IMG/VR virus record: IMGVR_UViG_3300009553_000019
Span: 64,001-128,000 of that record
Direction: 5' to 3' (one strand)
Length of the DNA stretch: 64,000 nt
From: a virus
Shown here: positions 39,462 through 48,929 of the stretch, piece after piece
Numbering within the stretch: the stretch's first letter is position 1
How the letters are laid out: every line of letters begins with the position of its first letter
The notes under the pieces: model-generated
Told to the model about the DNA's origin: nothing
Databases searched by the model: none
Seen by the model: only the letters and a program-made list of their open reading frames with translations
Translations under genes and position numbers: made by a program

Positions 39462-40539
39462 GGTTAAGCAAGGAGTTACGAATTGGTTTGAATTTGCTAT
39501 CGAACCTTTTCCTTATACCCGTCTTGTAAAGAATAGTCGCTGGACTTCTGGACCAGATAGCCAAGAGCAGAAGTATATCCAGTGGAAAGAAGACTTTAGA
39601 AACCTTTATGGAGCTCTTGATTACAATGGTTATGAGTTTATCCCTTATCACGAACCATTATCGATTGGGGCCCTTTTTAGAGTAAGTACGAACTGGGCTG
39701 GTAAAGATGTCGACAATCTGGTCAAAGCAGTCTCGGACTGTCTCAACCCATCTCGTAGAAAAGACTACAGTGATTTAGCTACATTTGCTTGGGTTGACGA
39801 TAAACAGATCAAATGCATCAACCAAGTAAAGAGTTATCAAGGCGATGGCTTGATCCAGTTTGGTATCACACCAATGTGGGGTCGAATAGATCCCATGATC
39901 AATTTTGTTGAAGGGCATGCAAACTGGGACGCAGATGGTTTGTGTAGCTTACAGACCTATATCTGCGAAAGCACTTTAAGCTATACCTGGCAGCTGCAGT
40001 TACAAGCTGGAGATAGACAGGTTCTTAATGAAAATTGGGACCCTACCTGTAGTGATCTTTACACCTTCTATGTCTGGCCACAACTGTATAAAGACCGTTA
40101 CCAAGCCTTTTTAAGGCCTGAATCGATCATCTTGTTACGATTGATTCAGTCAATCCCAAGAATGACTTTTGAGACTGGATTGAAGGTTTTACAAAACAGG
40201 TGGGGTCAAGTTCAAGAGGGTTGGGAAACTGGAAACGGTGCTCTCTGGAAATCTGATGGGCTTTCACAGGTTAAAGCCCAAGCGGTTTTGGATGCAGTGA
40301 GATCAGTAACTAAGGATCCGGTATCATATTTCCAAGTTCTTCAATCAAATTTTAATCAGGTCATGTTCAACAAAACTGCGGAAGATATTTCACAGCAGTT
40401 CTCAATTCCGTGGGGTAGCGTTAGAGTAACTTTACGCGATATGAACCTTGACTGGAAATCTAAGAAATCTCCTGACATTATCCTGAACCTGTTTGAAGAG
40501 AGAGCTAATAAACGTGAGCAAGTCAAATCTAAAGCCTGA
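39451..40539 (+). CDS. RusA-family resolvase fused to a RuvA-like domain
   Basis: DVDNLVKAVSD..WVDDKQI (RusA), then MINFVEG..AFLRPESIILLRLIQSIPRM..GLKVL..GLSQVKAQAVL (RuvA-like). Confidence 0.7.
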   Translation: MEIRVKQGVTNWFEFAIEPFPYTRLVKNSRWTSGPDSQEQKYIQWKEDFRNLYGALDYNGYEFIPYHEPLSIGALFRVSTNWAGKDVDNLVKAVSDCLNPSRRKDYSDLATFAWVDDKQIKCINQVKSYQGDGLIQFGITPMWGRIDPMINFVEGHANWDADGLCSLQTYICESTLSYTWQLQLQAGDRQVLNENWDPTCSDLYTFYVWPQLYKDRYQAFLRPESIILLRLIQSIPRMTFETGLKVLQNRWGQVQEGWETGNGALWKSDGLSQVKAQAVLDAVRSVTKDPVSYFQVLQSNFNQVMFNKTAEDISQQFSIPWGSVRVTLRDMNLDWKSKKSPDIILNLFEERANKREQVKSKA

Positions 40540-41743
40540 TGCTATCCCATTCAACTTTGAAACTGTTTTCGAGATTTCAGAGATCCAGGCTTACTGCAAC
40601 GACTTTTGGATAGCTCAAGATGCAGCCAATAAAGAGCAAGGGCTGACTGTTACTCGTGAAGAGTTTGAAAGAGGGCCTAGCTCAAAACCCCACGATACTA
40701 AGTGGCATGCTTATCGTCAGTTGTTAGAAGATCTGTATCGACGAGAAATAGTCGAATCGACATATCCAGATACAGATGTTATCATGCTTGGAGATTTTTC
40801 GATTGAAGAGGCTGGAACTGAATTGTTAATGTTTGGTCAAGCTTACTTGATACCAGACTTTAAGTTTTCTGAGAGAGTGATACAGAAACTCTCATCTAGG
40901 GAAATGTCTGTCAAACATCGGACTGTTTCTCAGCAAGAGATCGATCAATCAGTTAACAAGGTTCTTGAATCTTTGTTAGCAAATCATAGTCTTGAACGAG
41001 AAAAGATTCACCCATTTGGCGCTGAAGTCCAAATTGAGGAAGGGGATTTGGTATTAGCAACTATTCGACCAACCATCAACGGCGAGATTTGGAAGGTGGG
41101 GGTTTTAGATCGCGGAAAGATGCGTATCGTTCGAGGTGGTTTGCATCCAGAAGCTTTTAGAGAACAGTTGATTGGAAAGACAGTTGGCTCTCATAATGTA
41201 TCATTTGTCCTGGATTCAAAGTTTGGCAGTGACGAAGGATCTACGGTTGAAACTACTGTAACTATCCATGCAATTCTATCGTACGTTTTGCCAGACTGGA
41301 CTAATGATTTAGCTCAGAAATTTGGTAGTGAGACTGTTGATCAGTTAAAAGCCACAGTTAGAGCAAAGTGCGAATCTAATCTTAAGCAGCATTGGGAAGC
41401 TTCGGTGGTTACTGAGCTGTTTCCCCAGATTATGGATAACTCTGAATGTGGGGTTATTCCGATGGCTATGATTCTGACAAAAACTAAGGAATTATTAGAT
41501 AATTGGTTAAAACGGTCTAAAGTAGAGGATCTCTACAAGGCATATAATGTAGCTTCTGAAAGAGAACTCATTGCTAGGCTGAAGTTAGAGGTTCAAGATG
41601 AGCTTTCTCATTACGTTTTGATGTGGAATTTAGGTAAAGTTCTTGGAGTCGAACGTAAGAAAGAAGAGAGCTTAGGAAACTCGAAAGCCTACATGCAGAG
41701 GGTTACAAGTAAGGTGGCTTCTTTGGTAGAGGTTGTTTCTTGA
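40514..41743 (+). CDS. tig: divergent trigger factor
   Basis: VSQQEIDQSV..L, IEEGDLV..FREQLIGK.VG (FKBP domain), LPDWTNDLA, IP.AMI. Confidence 0.75.
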   Translation: MSKSNLKPDAIPFNFETVFEISEIQAYCNDFWIAQDAANKEQGLTVTREEFERGPSSKPHDTKWHAYRQLLEDLYRREIVESTYPDTDVIMLGDFSIEEAGTELLMFGQAYLIPDFKFSERVIQKLSSREMSVKHRTVSQQEIDQSVNKVLESLLANHSLEREKIHPFGAEVQIEEGDLVLATIRPTINGEIWKVGVLDRGKMRIVRGGLHPEAFREQLIGKTVGSHNVSFVLDSKFGSDEGSTVETTVTIHAILSYVLPDWTNDLAQKFGSETVDQLKATVRAKCESNLKQHWEASVVTELFPQIMDNSECGVIPMAMILTKTKELLDNWLKRSKVEDLYKAYNVASERELIARLKLEVQDELSHYVLMWNLGKVLGVERKKEESLGNSKAYMQRVTSKVASLVEVVS

Positions 41744-41976
41744 CAATTCAAGACGATGCTGCTAATGTTTTAGCAAAGACTGAAACTACGATGAAAGATC
41801 GGGTAGCTGCAATAAAACAGCACTTGCATTCATTGGTTGATAAGATTGAGCTTAGCAATTTTCATCTTGTAGTGAATGGTGAACATTTACACGTTCAGTG
41901 GGATGCTAATATCCCACCAACCCTATACACCCTAACCAACCAGCTGGAAGCCCATCTCAAACCTCAAATCTGGTGA
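41740..41976 (+). CDS. hypothetical protein
   Basis: TTGA-coupled 78-aa ORF. Confidence 0.5.
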   Translation: MTIQDDAANVLAKTETTMKDRVAAIKQHLHSLVDKIELSNFHLVVNGEHLHVQWDANIPPTLYTLTNQLEAHLKPQIW

Positions 41977-42583
41977 GCTTTCACCTGTAGTTCTTAAGCC
42001 AGGGGAATCACGGTTAGAGAGTGATTTATTCTGTCACACTTATGACTGTAAAACTCCGATCTGTTTTGATGGGGATGATTGCTTAACTCTGTACTGCCAC
42101 CCCTGCAGAGCAGACCTTTCTTCGAAATCTGTTCAAATTATTACTGAGTTTGGTCAACCACTTAATGAGATCTTAGAAGAGTCTTCTAACAGATTTTTTA
42201 CTGCTCAGCAAATTGCTGATTATCTTTGTGTTAGCCAACCCACGCTATATGCGTGGATTAGAAAACACCTAGGCCTATCTTTTCGACAATTTAAGCGTAA
42301 ATTTATCTGTGCAAAAAACGTTTGCATAGTTGTTGATCATGGAGCTAACGACTATAGTTGGAAGTATACGATGGCAGATCGCATACATCAACAAAAAGGT
42401 TGTGTATGCTTTATAGAAGAATCAACAACTTTAATGATGACTACGTTACCAGTATCAGAGTTGTCTGAAGTTTTAAAAGCTGAGGTTCCACTTGATAAAG
42501 AAACGGGTCTTAGACATATTCGATACCCGGTTCGACTCCCCATCGTTAGAGGAACATCTGGTGGTTCCGGTAGTCGCTACTGA
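41954..42583 (+). CDS. Zn-finger + HTH protein; start uncertain (ORF track captured only 42371-42583)
   Basis: Frame open from 41936: C..DC..CHPC, then TAQQIADYLCVSQPTLYAWIRKHLGLSFRQFK. Confidence 0.65.
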   Translation: MSNLKSGELSPVVLKPGESRLESDLFCHTYDCKTPICFDGDDCLTLYCHPCRADLSSKSVQIITEFGQPLNEILEESSNRFFTAQQIADYLCVSQPTLYAWIRKHLGLSFRQFKRKFICAKNVCIVVDHGANDYSWKYTMADRIHQQKGCVCFIEESTTLMMTTLPVSELSEVLKAEVPLDKETGLRHIRYPVRLPIVRGTSGGSGSRY

Positions 42584-42920
42584 TTCTGAACAGGTTGCAA
42601 AACCCTCAACTAGGGGCGAATGTGCTAACATTATTCGCCCCTGTCCTTATGTTAGCTGCAGACATAATCTTTACCTTGAGGTTGACAAGAAAGGAGGGAT
42701 TGTCGAAAGATTCTCTGACCCAAGCGAAGTGCCACCTAATCAAAGTTGTACGTTAGATATTGTAGATGAGTTTGGCATGTTAGACCCACCAGAAATAGGA
42801 AGGGTGATGGGTCTAACGCCCCACGCAGTTGGAGCTATTGAGGCTGCAGGATTAAGAAATTTACGAAGCTATCGAACTGCAACGAAGCTTTATAGGATAA
42901 GACGCAGCTGGGATAGTTAG
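42561..42920 (+). CDS. Cys-rich sigma70 region-4 DNA-binding protein
   Basis: P.TRGEC..RPCPYVSCRHNLYL..SCTLD..EIGRVMGLT..V..IE..GL; AGAGGA SD before 42558-42561. Confidence 0.7.
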   Translation: MVPVVATDSEQVAKPSTRGECANIIRPCPYVSCRHNLYLEVDKKGGIVERFSDPSEVPPNQSCTLDIVDEFGMLDPPEIGRVMGLTPHAVGAIEAAGLRNLRSYRTATKLYRIRRSWDS

Positions 42921-43016
42921 AAATTTTCTCATAACTTCAGTTCTTCAGAGCTTACAACAATAGTCTAGAGTGTAGGGAAGATCATCCCTGTCTCTTTTCT
43001 TGTATCTGGAGTTAAG

Positions 43017-44696
43017 TTGAAGATGCGTCCGCTGAAACCCGTAGACGGAAATCCATCTCTGAGTGATGATGCGATTAAGCGAATCGCTGATCGTAAAAAA
43101 GTAGCTCAAGAAGAGGTACACTCTCCAGAAATGGATCAGGCTGTCGAAGCTCAAGCTGATGAACCAGTAGAGATTGAAGCTGAGACTGTCGTTGAGGCTA
43201 AGAAACTTGCTAAGAAGGCAGGTTTTGAACCAGTAGGGAGTGGGGTTTATAAAAAGGCTCACGACCTTTGGAACATGCACAAGAGTTCCGATGGTAAGTA
43301 TGCTTTAGTGAGGTTGGCTGCTGAACCTGATGTCTTTCCTGAAGATGAGGTTAAGGAAGCTCCAAACCCAATGGAAGGAAAGACTGCGAGTCGCCATCCA
43401 GTTGAGACCTCTTATAAAGAGACTCTTATTGCTACTGCTGGAGCTGAAACTGGCCTGACTGACCGATATGGGATTACAGTCAAGGTTGGGGATGTTGTTA
43501 GCTACACTTTAGGTGGCGAAGATGTTTCTGGCAGGGTGGCTAGTTACATGGGCAATGGGTTGAATATCCAGCTTGAAGGTCAGTTGGATAGTGGCGTTCC
43601 TGCCGACTTCGTTAGTGTTAATCGACAGGCTAGGAAATTTGCTCAAGAAGATCCAGGCCATGATTCTTTAATCGATGATGCTCATTCCATCGATATGGTC
43701 AAGCCACGTCCTAACAAAGATGATAAAATGGCTGCCAAATTTGCAGAGCTTTTTTGGTCGTCTTACGGAGCTGAACTGGCCGATACAGTGGTTAGAAACC
43801 CACTTCCAGCTAGGACTATCGAAGGTCTTAATAAGTTAGCAACAGTTGATCTTAGCAAGATCGCATCCAGAGTCTCCAAGACTGCTAGTTGGGAAGCTCT
43901 CAACGAGTATGCAGGACAGGCTAAGACTTCATCTGTTAAAGATCTGATTGTCAGTGGTCTAGCCATTCGACAAGCTTCGGTTGAGTTGAATCTTCCATTT
44001 AATGTTGCTTGGGAATGTAGAGACGTCATCTCGACTTTAAATAAGAAGGCTGCGAAAAGCTTATTTGATGGTTTGAGAGAAGCTGAAGCGTTGCATCCAT
44101 CTGATCCAGTTGTAGCTCTTATGGTTAGAGAAGCTGGTTGGAAGAATGTTAAGAAAGCTTGCTTAGCCATTCAGAGCTTTAGGGATGGGTCTCTTGATGC
44201 AATGATTAAGAAAGCTGTTGATAGCTCTGCCAAGAGTTATTGGCAAGACTACTTTGGTGATTATGGGAATGCTTGGGTTCGTGACATCAAGAGAAAAGTT
44301 AAAGCTGATCTTAGCAGGGCTGTATTGAAGAAGCAAGGTCTTGATGATGCAGCTACAAAGTACTGGGAAGAGTACTTTGGCGATTATGGTAAGAACTTGG
44401 TTGACAATGTCGATAGAGCAGTTACTAAGACCAAGTCAGTAACTCCTGAGGGTCGTAAGGCAAGTGTTGATATGCCACTGCCCCAGCCAGTTCAGCGAAT
44501 TGATATCTTCGCTAATGTGATTCCACTTCTTGATGAGCAGGTAGGGAACAATAGAGTAGCGATGGTCGTTACTCCATCCGGTGTTCATCAGGTTTTGATT
44601 CGGAGAGGTTCTGCTCAGAAACGACAGTCTCACGAATCTAAGGCAAAAGCAATTGAAGCTTACCAGAAGGCAGTGTTTGCTTTCTGTGGACTTTAA
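43017..44696 (+). CDS. large mosaic protein, probable virion/head-internal protein
   Basis: Many K/R-x-A motifs, SH3-like module, repeated YWxxYFGDYG. Confidence 0.55.
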   Translation: MKMRPLKPVDGNPSLSDDAIKRIADRKKVAQEEVHSPEMDQAVEAQADEPVEIEAETVVEAKKLAKKAGFEPVGSGVYKKAHDLWNMHKSSDGKYALVRLAAEPDVFPEDEVKEAPNPMEGKTASRHPVETSYKETLIATAGAETGLTDRYGITVKVGDVVSYTLGGEDVSGRVASYMGNGLNIQLEGQLDSGVPADFVSVNRQARKFAQEDPGHDSLIDDAHSIDMVKPRPNKDDKMAAKFAELFWSSYGAELADTVVRNPLPARTIEGLNKLATVDLSKIASRVSKTASWEALNEYAGQAKTSSVKDLIVSGLAIRQASVELNLPFNVAWECRDVISTLNKKAAKSLFDGLREAEALHPSDPVVALMVREAGWKNVKKACLAIQSFRDGSLDAMIKKAVDSSAKSYWQDYFGDYGNAWVRDIKRKVKADLSRAVLKKQGLDDAATKYWEEYFGDYGKNLVDNVDRAVTKTKSVTPEGRKASVDMPLPQPVQRIDIFANVIPLLDEQVGNNRVAMVVTPSGVHQVLIRRGSAQKRQSHESKAKAIEAYQKAVFAFCGL

Positions 44697-44712
44697 ACTA
44701 AGGGTTAGATAA

Positions 44713-45333
44713 ATGGGACTCAATATCCAAAACCTCACCAATCAAAACATATCATTTGAGGCAACCTCCTTTTCTGCTCAGGGTCATCATCTCACTGCTA
44801 GAGCTTTGATCCCTGCAGGACAGACTGTTGATGTTGCAACTTTCTTGCCAAAGGGGATGACTCATCAGCAACTTGCTCAATCACGACAAGTATTGGATGA
44901 GTTCAACCGAGTGGGTGGTCCTCGTTATAACCTTGTACCAACTGGTGTTACAGCTGCTAAGCTTTTGAGCCAGTTAACTGCAAACTACAACTTGGGTGTT
45001 ACCCAAACAACTGGTGCTGCAGTAACAACCCCAGGTCTTTTCTTTGGTGCTGCGACCAGAGCTGGTCAAGCTACCAAGCTTCGAATCACTACAGTTAAGG
45101 CTATTGCTGTTGGTGAGTCCTTGAATGTTACTACACTGAATCAAAACGGTGTTAACATTCTCCCATCGACCTTGACACTGCCAGCCTCTTCAACTGCTAG
45201 AAGTTTCGTTGAAGCTGTTTTGAACTCACCAGTATCTGATGGTGATGTGTTTGAAGGCATAATTACATACACTGCTGGTGGTGGTCCAACTATCGGTGCA
45301 GTTCGCTATGAGGTTATCATAGCTACTCAGTAA
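44713..45333 (+). CDS. probable virion structural (decoration-like) protein
   Basis: Thr/Ala/Gly/Val-rich beta-sandwich-like C-terminus. Confidence 0.45.
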   Translation: MGLNIQNLTNQNISFEATSFSAQGHHLTARALIPAGQTVDVATFLPKGMTHQQLAQSRQVLDEFNRVGGPRYNLVPTGVTAAKLLSQLTANYNLGVTQTTGAAVTTPGLFFGAATRAGQATKLRITTVKAIAVGESLNVTTLNQNGVNILPSTLTLPASSTARSFVEAVLNSPVSDGDVFEGIITYTAGGGPTIGAVRYEVIIATQ

Positions 45334-45343
45334 TGGATCTCTG

Positions 45344-45550
45344 ATGAGTTCTAATCAAATAGCGGAGGCTGGACGAGGGTCTGCAGCCTCCGCTATTTGT
45401 AAAGATTGTGGTCCAGCCAGTTGCTTAGATGAAAACTGCTCTGGAACCTTGAAGCAAGTTTTAGGTTTGAAACCGATACAGTATCGGTGTACAAGTTGTA
45501 AGCAAGAGTTTTTACTCTCTAAGATTCTACGCGAAAGAAAGTTTCTGTAA
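45344..45550 (+). CDS. small Cys-rich ORF
   Basis: CKDC..C..C..CTSC; overlaps the hairpin. Confidence 0.4.
   Translation: MSSNQIAEAGRGSAASAICKDCGPASCLDENCSGTLKQVLGLKPIQYRCTSCKQEFLLSKILRERKFL
45357..45400 (+). terminator. strong stem-loop after the 44713 gene
   Basis: AAATAGCGGAGGCTG (45357-71) / CAGCCTCCGCTATTT (45384-98). Confidence 0.6.
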
Positions 45551-45551
45551 T

Positions 45552-48500
45552 ATGCAAACCCGCAAGGCGCTGAAAAGACTTGGTGGAAAAGACACCGATC
45601 TGTTCATCTCAAATCCGGCAGCTTTGGAAAAGTTTAAAGCGGTAGCTGAAGCAGATGCTAGCAGAATCGAAGAACGTAAGGCTCAGAAATCGATCTCTCA
45701 GCCACATTTAGATGTATTGAAGAATCGAGTCTTAGCAACCATTGATAATGACTTCAATCCTAGTCTGCCAGTTGTTGGACGGTTTGATGCCTATCAGTCC
45801 GTTAAAAAACTAGTCAATGCAAGCTCTGATCATGGCGTTAAAGCCCTAGGTTATCAGCTTAGATCACTGTGGGAAGCTGATCCTACTGGTGTTTTAACTG
45901 CTGGTCAACTTACCAATTTGAAGAAGCATTATGCTCAGTCTTATGGTAAGACAGCAGCTGTTGACATTATCTCCAACGCTCTTCCAAAAGTTGGATTTGT
46001 TGAATTACCAGTTCAGAGATTAGCTGTGATGGCTAGTCGAATTAAAACTCAAGCTGATTTTGATGAAGCTTGCAGAATTGCTGGACTTGCTGGAAACCGT
46101 CCAGACCAGATCCGAAGCCGCCAATACATCCTCGCCTTATTAAAGATGGGTGAGAATGTTCCAGAAGCTGGAGAGGTTACTGAGGGGAATCCAATGGAGG
46201 TTGAAGTGTCAGGTCAGCCTGAAGGTCAAGTTCCAGGAATTACCGAATCGAATGCTGCTGAACAACTCTCTAACAAGAGTGCTATGGACAGCAGAGTTAG
46301 AACCTCTAGGTTACCTTCTGCTAACCAGGTTGTCGAAGCTGCTCTTGATGCTCAAACGGTTAAGATCGCTGGTTGGACGTTAAGGGTTAATGACCAAGAT
46401 ATGGTTGTTATCCAATCACCAACAGGTGGGCAACGCCAAGCTCGCCTTAGCCTGATTGATAAGGTTGCTAGTGACTTTTTGAAGATGGCTCAGAGTGATC
46501 CAAACTTTGATCCAAAGGTTAATCAGCAACAGCCAGATGCGGTCAAAGGCATCGGAACTGGTGATGCAGAGTTAGGACCTGATTCTGACACTGAAGAGGG
46601 TTTTAAAGAGCCAAAGCCAATTCAGAAGCATCCAGCTCAAAGCCAGGCTGGAACGTCTACTGGAGTTGTTGGTAAGACTAGTCGTAAGACAGCTGCAGCT
46701 AGGCTTGAAGCTAGTTCAACTGCTCCAAAGTGGGCTGCCACGCCTCATCTTTGGACAATGGTTTATAACAAGCTGAAGTCTGCTGGAAAGCGGACTGACT
46801 ATGTTTCAGTGTCTGCTAACTATAAGCTAGCATGCCAGTTTAATGCTAAGCCTTATAAGACTGCTGGTGGTGGGGAAACCTTAGGCCCAGACAGTGGACA
46901 GGAAGAGGGGTTTTCAGTTCCATCGGTAAGCCCGCAGAACATCAATCAGCCAAAGAATCAATCAGGTACTTCGTTACCTGATAAAGCTGATGCTGAAGAG
47001 CCTGATCATGGACAGGATCCAGTGCCTTGGGAGAATGTTAAGCCAAATCCCAAGCTGTCACAGTTGATGCCTGAAGCTGACATGCAGGAGACTGCTGGTG
47101 GTCCCGGTTCTGGGCGTAAAAAAGAGAGTCCAGGTGAACACCCAGCCATTGCTAAAGAGAAAAAGCTTGAACAGCAGAGAAACCATATCTGGAACAATCA
47201 GGTTGGAAATGGTACTCCATCTCAAGCTCTTTTTAAAGCAAATGATGCTTTGCGAGACCACCAAAAGATGATGCATGATCAGGGTATTAAGCAACACCCA
47301 GATCATCCTGCGGAAACTTTTGGTAAGGGAAAGTCAGAAGGGGTTCCAGGTCTCTCTAGTACTGCTCCATTTAGTCATCAACCAAGTCCCGATCTAGGTA
47401 AGCCTAAGCCATCGACTGGACCAGTCGGGCCTCAACTGCCTACGCCAAACATTGATGAGATGCTTCAGGGTGATCCACCTAAGCCATCGACTGGGGTTCC
47501 AGGACTATCTAGTACTGCTCCATTTAGTCCTGGAGTTCAGAAACCTGGGTTGGGAATGCCATCTGATCCTGGTGCACAAAGTTTAGTAAATCCTGATCAT
47601 CAATGGGATCCAGAAAAAGGTCAGTATGCTCCAAAACCTGATATGGAGCCTGAAGCTGACAAGCATGATGACATCGAGAACCTGGAAGATCAAGCTATCA
47701 ACCAGCTCCAAACAACTCAGAGCTTGGAGAAGGAAGTCAATGCGGACATTGTTGATAGCTTCGTGGCATCTCTTGATCCAGCTGAAGGTTATCGTCAAGC
47801 AAAAGCTAATCGTCCAAGTCGAGATCTTTTAGCAGGGATTGGCGATGAGAATGGCTGGTTAATGCGTCAGGCTCAGAGCTTGATTGATAACAAGCAAGTC
47901 TTCACTTCTGATCGAAACGACATCGACCAAGATGGGGAAGCTGAAGTTCGTGAAGATGGCAAGATGGCATTTACTTTTAAGTTTGATGCCAATCTGAACC
48001 CACCAACTCAGAGAGAGCTTCAAACATATGTTAACAGCTTTACGGGTAATCGCTCTGCTTTTATTGTTGAAGCACATCAGATCGAAGGAAACCACGCCTT
48101 CGCATTAATTCGTCAAGCTGAAGACGATGAGATGGAACCTGATGATGATGAAAAAAGAGCTGCAATTCGTTGGGCTGCTGGTAAACAATCTCAAGAGATG
48201 AACATCCCACAGGCTGTACCAAGTTCTGGTGCAGATAATTCTGGAGGGATGTCTAACTCAGTTGAAAGCCAAATGGGAGCTAACGCCTGCATGGCTTGCA
48301 ACGGATCAAACCTACAAGATGTCGGATCTGGAATTCAATGCCAAGATTGTGGAATGATGCATGATGCTCCAGAGCAACTTCCTCAGTTAGACGTTGGCAA
48401 CAACCCACAGGGAATGGGTGCTGACTATAATGGGGCCATCCTGAATCGTGAGAGTCAAGAGAATGATAATGCAGGTCCACAACAGGATAACCCATTATCA

Positions 48501-48929
48501 AATGAGTTGCAGCCATACGAAGAAGATGAGTTAGAGCAGCGTATGCAAACAACTCCTCCCAACAATCAAACCTACGCTTCAAAGACAGCAGCTACTCTGT
48601 CTGAAGAATGGGGAGATGGTGGGAACTATGGCCGTCATTTAGAAGCAGATGATGCTCAAGATGTTCATCAACTCCATCGTTACATGAATGGAGAAGTCCC
48701 TGATTGGAGCCATCGCCAAATGACTCCAACAGCTCCAGGTATGACTCCACCACCGGCTCCAATGGAAACTGAATCACAAGTTCAGCCTGGAGCTGTTGGT
48801 AATCCGATGAAAGCCCCAGAACCTGTTCCTCCCAAGCTGGAACCAGAACCTGAAGTTCAGACAGCTCAAAGCCAAACTGGTGGACAGTACCTAGATCAAG
48901 ACCTTGCTGCTTCTGTTGGAGGAATGTGA
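45552..48929 (+). CDS. 1125-aa low-complexity mosaic protein, probable head-internal protein
   Basis: KTA/RQA/KMA motifs, internal repeats, TAGGPGSGRKK, C4 Zn ribbon. Confidence 0.6.
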   Translation: MQTRKALKRLGGKDTDLFISNPAALEKFKAVAEADASRIEERKAQKSISQPHLDVLKNRVLATIDNDFNPSLPVVGRFDAYQSVKKLVNASSDHGVKALGYQLRSLWEADPTGVLTAGQLTNLKKHYAQSYGKTAAVDIISNALPKVGFVELPVQRLAVMASRIKTQADFDEACRIAGLAGNRPDQIRSRQYILALLKMGENVPEAGEVTEGNPMEVEVSGQPEGQVPGITESNAAEQLSNKSAMDSRVRTSRLPSANQVVEAALDAQTVKIAGWTLRVNDQDMVVIQSPTGGQRQARLSLIDKVASDFLKMAQSDPNFDPKVNQQQPDAVKGIGTGDAELGPDSDTEEGFKEPKPIQKHPAQSQAGTSTGVVGKTSRKTAAARLEASSTAPKWAATPHLWTMVYNKLKSAGKRTDYVSVSANYKLACQFNAKPYKTAGGGETLGPDSGQEEGFSVPSVSPQNINQPKNQSGTSLPDKADAEEPDHGQDPVPWENVKPNPKLSQLMPEADMQETAGGPGSGRKKESPGEHPAIAKEKKLEQQRNHIWNNQVGNGTPSQALFKANDALRDHQKMMHDQGIKQHPDHPAETFGKGKSEGVPGLSSTAPFSHQPSPDLGKPKPSTGPVGPQLPTPNIDEMLQGDPPKPSTGVPGLSSTAPFSPGVQKPGLGMPSDPGAQSLVNPDHQWDPEKGQYAPKPDMEPEADKHDDIENLEDQAINQLQTTQSLEKEVNADIVDSFVASLDPAEGYRQAKANRPSRDLLAGIGDENGWLMRQAQSLIDNKQVFTSDRNDIDQDGEAEVREDGKMAFTFKFDANLNPPTQRELQTYVNSFTGNRSAFIVEAHQIEGNHAFALIRQAEDDEMEPDDDEKRAAIRWAAGKQSQEMNIPQAVPSSGADNSGGMSNSVESQMGANACMACNGSNLQDVGSGIQCQDCGMMHDAPEQLPQLDVGNNPQGMGADYNGAILNRESQENDNAGPQQDNPLSNELQPYEEDELEQRMQTTPPNNQTYASKTAATLSEEWGDGGNYGRHLEADDAQDVHQLHRYMNGEVPDWSHRQMTPTAPGMTPPPAPMETESQVQPGAVGNPMKAPEPVPPKLEPEPEVQTAQSQTGGQYLDQDLAASVGGM
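47340..47529 (+). repeat. intragenic duplications
   Basis: 37-bp near-identical copies at 47340-47376 and 47493-47529 (GVPGLSSTAPFS); 17-bp CCTAAGCCATCGACTGG at 47403 and 47478. Confidence 0.85.

Noticed and set aside
45341-45470. Possible hammerhead ribozyme (CTGATGA...GAAA)
   Set aside because: Stems I and II do not pair convincingly; the strong hairpin is better explained as a terminator
26690-47529. CRISPR array or DGR template/variable repeats
   Set aside because: The repeats are two-copy, in-frame coding duplications with no spacers, no adenine-specific mismatches and no reverse transcriptase or cas genes in the window
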